From Patescibacteria group bacterium (GTDB taxonomy: Bacteria > Patescibacteriota > UBA1384 > UBA12157 > JAENIV01), in the NCBI GenBank assembly GCA_049515915.1, contig JBEKTP010000003.1, forward strand, positions 735-64,734: a stretch of DNA of 64,000 nt, written 5' to 3'. The translations under genes and the position numbers were made by a program. The notes under the pieces were generated by a model. The model was not told where the DNA came from. It saw only the letters and a program-made list of their open reading frames with translations, and searched no databases. Position 1 is the stretch's first letter; every line of letters starts with the position of its first letter. Below, piece by piece: positions 59,628 through 64,000 of this stretch.

Positions 59628-59687
59628 ACTCGGCGGGCTTTAGCCCGCCAGACGAGCTCTGGGGATTTCCCGGAGCTCGTTTTCGTT
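59628..59687 (+). repeat. double-hairpin terminator-like element, family B copy 1
   Basis: GGCGGGC-ttta-GCCCGCC, then ACGAGCTC..GGGGATTTCCC..GAGCTCGT, then TTTTCGTT. Near-identical copy at 61036-61094. Confidence 0.65.
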
Positions 59688-59770
59688 CCAAAGAGAAAAA
59701 TTTGACAGTTAAAATAGTCGTTGTGGTATAGTATTAATACATCAATTTAATGAACTTGACAGGAGGAAAA

Positions 59771-60106
59771 ATGGATCCGAAAGAAAAAAAAGAGATGACG
59801 GAACTTGTTGGCGAGGTAATTGACCGAAAGGTAACACCGCGGTTGGAGAAAATTGAAAAGAAATTATCAGATCACGATAAAAAATTTGAAACGATTATTG
59901 AGCAAGTCGTTAAAAATTCAGAAAACATTACCGATATTAAAGAAGATTTATCGGAACTAAATGAAGAGATGACTGATGTGAAGTATGTAGACGAACGCAT
60001 TGAAACAAAACTGGATTCCTCAATTCGTCGAGAAACCGACTTGGAAGTTAAAACTTCTCAACTTTCCCGCCGCGTTCTCCGGCTGGAATCTAAAAAGACA
60101 AGTTAA
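59771..60106 (+). CDS. small coiled-coil protein
   Basis: GGAGG RBS. Lys/Glu-rich heptad-like sequence. AT-rich host-like composition. Confidence 0.45.
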   Translation: MDPKEKKEMTELVGEVIDRKVTPRLEKIEKKLSDHDKKFETIIEQVVKNSENITDIKEDLSELNEEMTDVKYVDERIETKLDSSIRRETDLEVKTSQLSRRVLRLESKKTS

Positions 60107-60263
60107 TTATCAAATTTTTAATTGAACTCACTAATTATTAAGGGTAATTTTACTAGTCGGCGTTTGTTTTGGCGTTGGGTCTTGATATTTAAGGAATTTT
60201 GAGGTAGAATATAGCCAGAATTACCGATTGTACCACACTCTGCTAAAGAAAGGCGAAAAGACG

Positions 60264-60998
60264 ATGAGGAAGAGAGCAGGGCTGTTGATGTTGCTGGCAG
60301 TGGTTGTTGGTCTGACGATGATACTGGCGGGCTGCGGCGGACACTCGTCGGCGGCGGCGCTGGTGGCCAAATCCGGTGTGACGGCCGAACCTCCGGAAGG
60401 CGCTCCGAGGACGCCATTCAGCCAGGTCAGGACATCAGCCGATGATTCGAATTCGGGGAATTTGGCGCAGTCAGCGAAGGTGGCCAAGATAGCATCTACT
60501 ACTGAAGCCGCGCAGGCTCTCGACCACTTCACGGTTTCGTTGTACGGACTTTCGAGTATGAACGGAGATTCCGAAATAACCGCGCCGCCGGGGTGTGTGA
60601 TCTTTCCATGGATTCATGTGAGAAACATGGGAACCGTGCCAATCACGGGGATCAAGATCGCGATCCGTTCTAATCCCGCCATCACGGTGGCTTATCCGGA
60701 TGATCCTTTCAACAAGAAGTTCATTAAGGCTTTGACGACGTCAGGGGTACCACTTCTCGATGGGCAAACCCGGAAGAATACCATTGGACCGTACAACTCG
60801 AAGTACTATCGGCAAGGTGCCGAAGCAATTTGGTCAGCGCTTGTTGCCGGGCCCAGTGGTGTTGAGGGCGTGATGCCAATTCAGCTGAGCAAACATCTGA
60901 TGCCGGGTACAGACGAACAGCTCCGGTTTACTCTGATCTATAAAGGAGCTGAGAAGGTCGTAGCGGTGGCGACGGTACACGTGATGCACCCAGAATAG
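60264..60998 (+). CDS. hypothetical lipoprotein (GC-rich cassette)
   Basis: Signal peptide with lipobox LAGC (MRKRAGLLMLLAVVVGLTMILAGCGG). Followed 38 nt later by repeat B2. Confidence 0.55.
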   Translation: MRKRAGLLMLLAVVVGLTMILAGCGGHSSAAALVAKSGVTAEPPEGAPRTPFSQVRTSADDSNSGNLAQSAKVAKIASTTEAAQALDHFTVSLYGLSSMNGDSEITAPPGCVIFPWIHVRNMGTVPITGIKIAIRSNPAITVAYPDDPFNKKFIKALTTSGVPLLDGQTRKNTIGPYNSKYYRQGAEAIWSALVAGPSGVEGVMPIQLSKHLMPGTDEQLRFTLIYKGAEKVVAVATVHVMHPE

Positions 60999-61035
60999 CG
61001 AACACTTCGTCGTGACGTGACACGTTGCGGATCGA

Positions 61036-61094
61036 ACTCGGCGGGCTTTAGCCCGCCAGACGAGCTCTGGGATTTCCCGGAGCTCGTTTTCGTT
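61036..61094 (+). repeat. double-hairpin terminator-like element, family B copy 2
   Basis: Same sequence as 59628-59687 apart from a single G deletion in the second loop. Confidence 0.65.
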
Positions 61095-61184
61095 TATCTA
61101 AATTATTATTATGACAGCAATTCTTGTTAATTTCTCGAACTTGTGTTACAATGCGACCAGTTCTTGCACATCAAGGAGAGCGTC

Positions 61185-61457
61185 ATGGAAAGCGGTACGG
61201 CGAAGACGTTAGGAGTTATTTCAGTTGTACTGGGGGCGCTAACAGCCGGTGTCGAAGTGATTGGCGGGCTTTGCTGCGGCTGGATTGTCTGGCCGTTGGC
61301 GATTGCCGCCATCATCCTGGGCATTCTGGCGTGGACCAGCGCCCGGGGCGACCAGACGGCCGCGACTCTGGGCAAGATCGGGATCTGCTTGAGTTTAATC
61401 GTCCCTATCTGGCAGCTGCTGACCGCCACGATCCTGGCCGGTCTTATCCATCGGTAG
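61185..61457 (+). CDS. small membrane protein (DUF4190-like)
   Basis: Two TM helices with CCGW motif. Immediately upstream of the DUF2752-like gene. Confidence 0.4.
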   Translation: MESGTAKTLGVISVVLGALTAGVEVIGGLCCGWIVWPLAIAAIILGILAWTSARGDQTAATLGKIGICLSLIVPIWQLLTATILAGLIHR

Positions 61458-61460
61458 TCA

Positions 61461-61796
61461 GTGATGGATGCGTCAGTCAGGCAAGGTCTGAAAGCGTCAT
61501 TCCTGATCATCGCCGCTATGATGGCGGCAATGATCGGAAGAAGCTTCCTCCTAAACAGCTTTGATCCGCACCTCGCAGTTCTCTCGCGAATTGCACCGAC
61601 AGTGCCGGGTCACCACTGCTTGCTCTGCGGTATGACTCACAGTTTTATGGCCATTTCGCGGGGTGACTTTGGCCAGGCGGTTGCCGCTAATCCCGGCGGC
61701 CCAATGCTGTACTTTTTCTTTTGTCTGGCGGCGGTTGGCGGTCTCGTCGTAATCTTTCGAGATTACATCACTCGCCACCACCGCCACAAGGCCTGA
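61461..61796 (+). CDS. DUF2752-family membrane protein
   Basis: HCLLCGMTHSF (CxxCG-M/L-T) signature between TM helices. Confidence 0.5.
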   Translation: MMDASVRQGLKASFLIIAAMMAAMIGRSFLLNSFDPHLAVLSRIAPTVPGHHCLLCGMTHSFMAISRGDFGQAVAANPGGPMLYFFFCLAAVGGLVVIFRDYITRHHRHKA

Positions 61797-61910
61797 CCGG
61801 CAACAGTCAGGCCTGCTGTTTTAAATTAAACATTAAAGGCACGAAATGTTTCCTTGACATCCTTAAAAAAGAAGAATATATTAAAGGGTCTCATCAAGGA
61901 GGTGAGAATA

Positions 61911-62180
61911 ATGGCCATTCGGCTTGAGCCAGTTGTTGTCGAGCATGCGTGCAATCTTGCGCGTCTCATCCGAGTGATTCATCACAAGTCAAAAACACAG
62001 GACGAAATCCAGGCGAAGTTCGAAGTCTATTTTCGTCGAGTGGCTGATGAGCTTGAAGCACTGGGTGAATCGCCCGACAAAGCCGCCGAGATGGCCCTGG
62101 CGGCAATCAGTGTACTTTTGGACGAGATGAACAAACGCGTCGTAACTAAGGAGGAGAGCAATCAGAGCCCAAGCGCATAG
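61911..62180 (+). CDS. hypothetical 89-aa protein (GC-rich)
   Basis: AAGGAGGTGAG RBS. Confidence 0.4.
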   Translation: MAIRLEPVVVEHACNLARLIRVIHHKSKTQDEIQAKFEVYFRRVADELEALGESPDKAAEMALAAISVLLDEMNKRVVTKEESNQSPSA

Positions 62181-62346
62181 CAAGGGCTCTGCTGTTTAAT
62201 AAAAAATAGTTTGTTAAGCCATTGACTTTTAGATAGTTTTATGGTATAGTTGGGAGTATTTTGAGAATAAGCCAGGCGTCGCCTGACCTCAAAAACACCA
62301 TCCCCGCCTAGCGGGGAGAAACTTGAAAACATAGGAGGAGCCCGCG

Positions 62347-62616
62347 ATGCGGATCTTAGTAGGAATTTGGTGCTACGTCATCGCGATAGCTTTTGTCGCT
62401 ATAATCTGGTACACAATTCCGATGATTATCGGCGACTTCGTTGACTATCGCGTGATGGGGCGATGGATTGATTTGTTCGGCGCCATCTTGGGTATTGTCC
62501 TTGTCGTAGTGCTGATAGCCGCAGCAACGTTTCTTTTCGTTTTGCCCTGGAAACCAGCTGTGATTAAGTTTGTGGTTGACTTGGATCCATCCGATACAGA
62601 AAGGGAAACTAAGTGA
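62347..62616 (+). CDS. hypothetical 2-TM membrane protein (GC-rich)
   Basis: TAGGAGGAG RBS. Stop overlaps the start of the next ORF. Confidence 0.4.
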   Translation: MRILVGIWCYVIAIAFVAIIWYTIPMIIGDFVDYRVMGRWIDLFGAILGIVLVVVLIAAATFLFVLPWKPAVIKFVVDLDPSDTERETK

Positions 62617-63140
62617 TCGAACGTTTGATGGCGATTGAAGATCCGGAAGAACAGGGCCGACTATGGGAATTCTATGACAGGATTTTCGGGCCGGTCAACG
62701 AGCTCACGCCTATCATTCAGACCTTTCCGAAGGCGAACCTCATCGGTTTTCTGGCGAGTTCGCGCGTGGTGAAGTTCGTTGTTCGTGAGGAAGGTGAAAT
62801 CGTCGCTCTGGCGATCATCGCTGATCCCGAAGAGTGGGACAGCTGGCTTTCGCCGGCGTATTTCGCCAAGAACTACCCAGGGAAGATCGTCTTCCACATC
62901 CCCGTCATCGCTATCGCGCCAGAAAAGCGCGGCAGTCTGTTGGCGGTCCGACTGGTGAAGGCGCTGATTAACGAAGCGCCTGCGAACGCGGTCGTCACTC
63001 TGACTCACTCCGAGCTGGTTAATCCACTTATGCTCAAGCTTGTTCAAGCCACCGGCGTGATGGATTACGCGGAGGGTGGGAAGATTGACGCCGAAGCCTG
63101 CCTCGTCTTTCAATGGAAAGACGGGAAGGTGCGAATCTAA
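62613..63140 (+). CDS. hypothetical protein, possibly GNAT-like fold
   Basis: IAIAPEKRGSLLAVRLVKALINEA resembles GNAT motif A. Weak. Confidence 0.35.
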   Translation: MIERLMAIEDPEEQGRLWEFYDRIFGPVNELTPIIQTFPKANLIGFLASSRVVKFVVREEGEIVALAIIADPEEWDSWLSPAYFAKNYPGKIVFHIPVIAIAPEKRGSLLAVRLVKALINEAPANAVVTLTHSELVNPLMLKLVQATGVMDYAEGGKIDAEACLVFQWKDGKVRI

Positions 63141-63210
63141 GGGGCTGAATGTTACCATTCAGCCCCAAAAATTTTGAAATAAATCATTAAATAAACTACA
63201 ATAAACTCAC

Positions 63211-63714
63211 ATGGCACAGAATAAAGAAAAAACAATTAGTATTACTAGCGGGACAGGTGAAGGTCAAACGAAACTGTCTGCTTTTGATGCAGCTTTATGG
63301 GATGCCGGAATTGCGAATTTTAATTTAATTAAATTGTCCTCGATTATTCCTTTAGGAGTAAAAGTCAAGGTACAGCATCTTAAAAACAATGGCCAAGGTG
63401 GCTTTGGCGATAAACTTTATATTGTTTTAGCGGAAAAAAGGGAAAGCGAAAGAGGCAGGGAAGCTTGGGCCGGCATTGGTTGGGTGCAGGCCAAGGATGG
63501 TCGTGGCTTATTTGTCGAACATGAAGGCTCTCAACAAGCCGAAGTAATGCGTCTAATCAAAGAAACTCTATCTGATATGATTAAATATCGTAAAGAAAAA
63601 TATGGTGAAATTCATTATCATGTAGTTGGTGTTCGCTGTGAAAATAAACCAGTCTGTGCGGTTGTTTCTGCCGTTTATCAAGCCGAGAGCTGGAAAAAAA
63701 TGTTTTGCGAATAA
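63211..63714 (+). CDS. pdaD: pyruvoyl-dependent arginine decarboxylase
   Basis: SITSGTGEGQTKLSAFDAALWDAGIANFNLIKLSSIIP closely parallels archaeal PdaD (…[32 protein letters not shown]), including the Ser-Ser self-cleavage site. Confidence 0.8.
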   Translation: MAQNKEKTISITSGTGEGQTKLSAFDAALWDAGIANFNLIKLSSIIPLGVKVKVQHLKNNGQGGFGDKLYIVLAEKRESERGREAWAGIGWVQAKDGRGLFVEHEGSQQAEVMRLIKETLSDMIKYRKEKYGEIHYHVVGVRCENKPVCAVVSAVYQAESWKKMFCE

Positions 63715-64000
63715 TCAAGAGTCTCATAAATTTATTTGACTATTTTTAGTGCTCTTTTTTCTGCTATAATTAAATTAGACAGAATAAAAACCAATGAATA
63801 TTTTAGTAATTTATAAGTTGTGAGTAAGTGCTTGTTAGATGAGGAATGAACTACATTGGAGGTCTAAAATAACTGTTAAAACTGAGACTAGATCAATTGC
63901 AATAAGAAAATTATCTTTAGCTGATATTCCAGAAATGTTAATGGTTGAAAAGTTGGCTTGGCCTGATTCCAAACAGCAATTTTCAAAAGAAAACTTTAAA

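Overview
The window reads as a small-genome, AT-rich bacterium (Patescibacteria/CPR-like by gene content and gene sizes). It has a dense housekeeping backbone: pyrG, a phosphoglucomutase-family gene, trpS, groES-groEL, efp, rpsF-ssb-rpsR, ychF, dnaE, rpmA, rplS, gltX, a class IIb Asp/Asn-tRNA ligase, trxB, ndk, tmk, a MraY/WecA-family transferase, GT2/GT4 glycosyltransferases, an ECF sigma/anti-sigma pair, a two-component system, an ABC exporter, two tRNAs (Gln-CUG, Glu-CUC) and one intact IS481-like element with terminal inverted repeats and a 5-bp target duplication. The most striking feature is at least a dozen short segments that are GC-rich by eye. They lie at about 3.54-4.26, 9.38-12.19, 12.96-13.44, 18.3-20.7, 26.0-29.4, 36.0-36.6, 45.7-46.9, 59.1-59.7 and 60.2-63.1 kb. 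Each is confined almost exactly to a coding sequence for a small hypothetical protein, often membrane-anchored, secreted or a lipoprotein. Each has its own strong Shine-Dalgarno site, an AT-rich sigma70-like promoter and a GC-rich hairpin terminator. Two families of near-identical ~60-nt double-hairpin elements sit 3' of such cassettes (9321-9382 and 11203-11269; 59628-59687 and 61036-61094), and one family shows a compensatory base-pair change. One GC-rich cassette (27329-29340) encodes an OMP-decarboxylase-fold protein and a type-I phosphoribosyltransferase (a pyrF/pyrE-like pair) around a small ORF. Another (3585-4164, minus strand) is an operon of two tiny hydrophobic peptides plus a 68-aa protein, driven by a host-like promoter. 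A candidate reduced RNase P RNA lies at about 14105-14405. No CRISPR array and no rRNA were seen. Functions of the GC-rich cassette proteins cannot be assigned from sequence alone.
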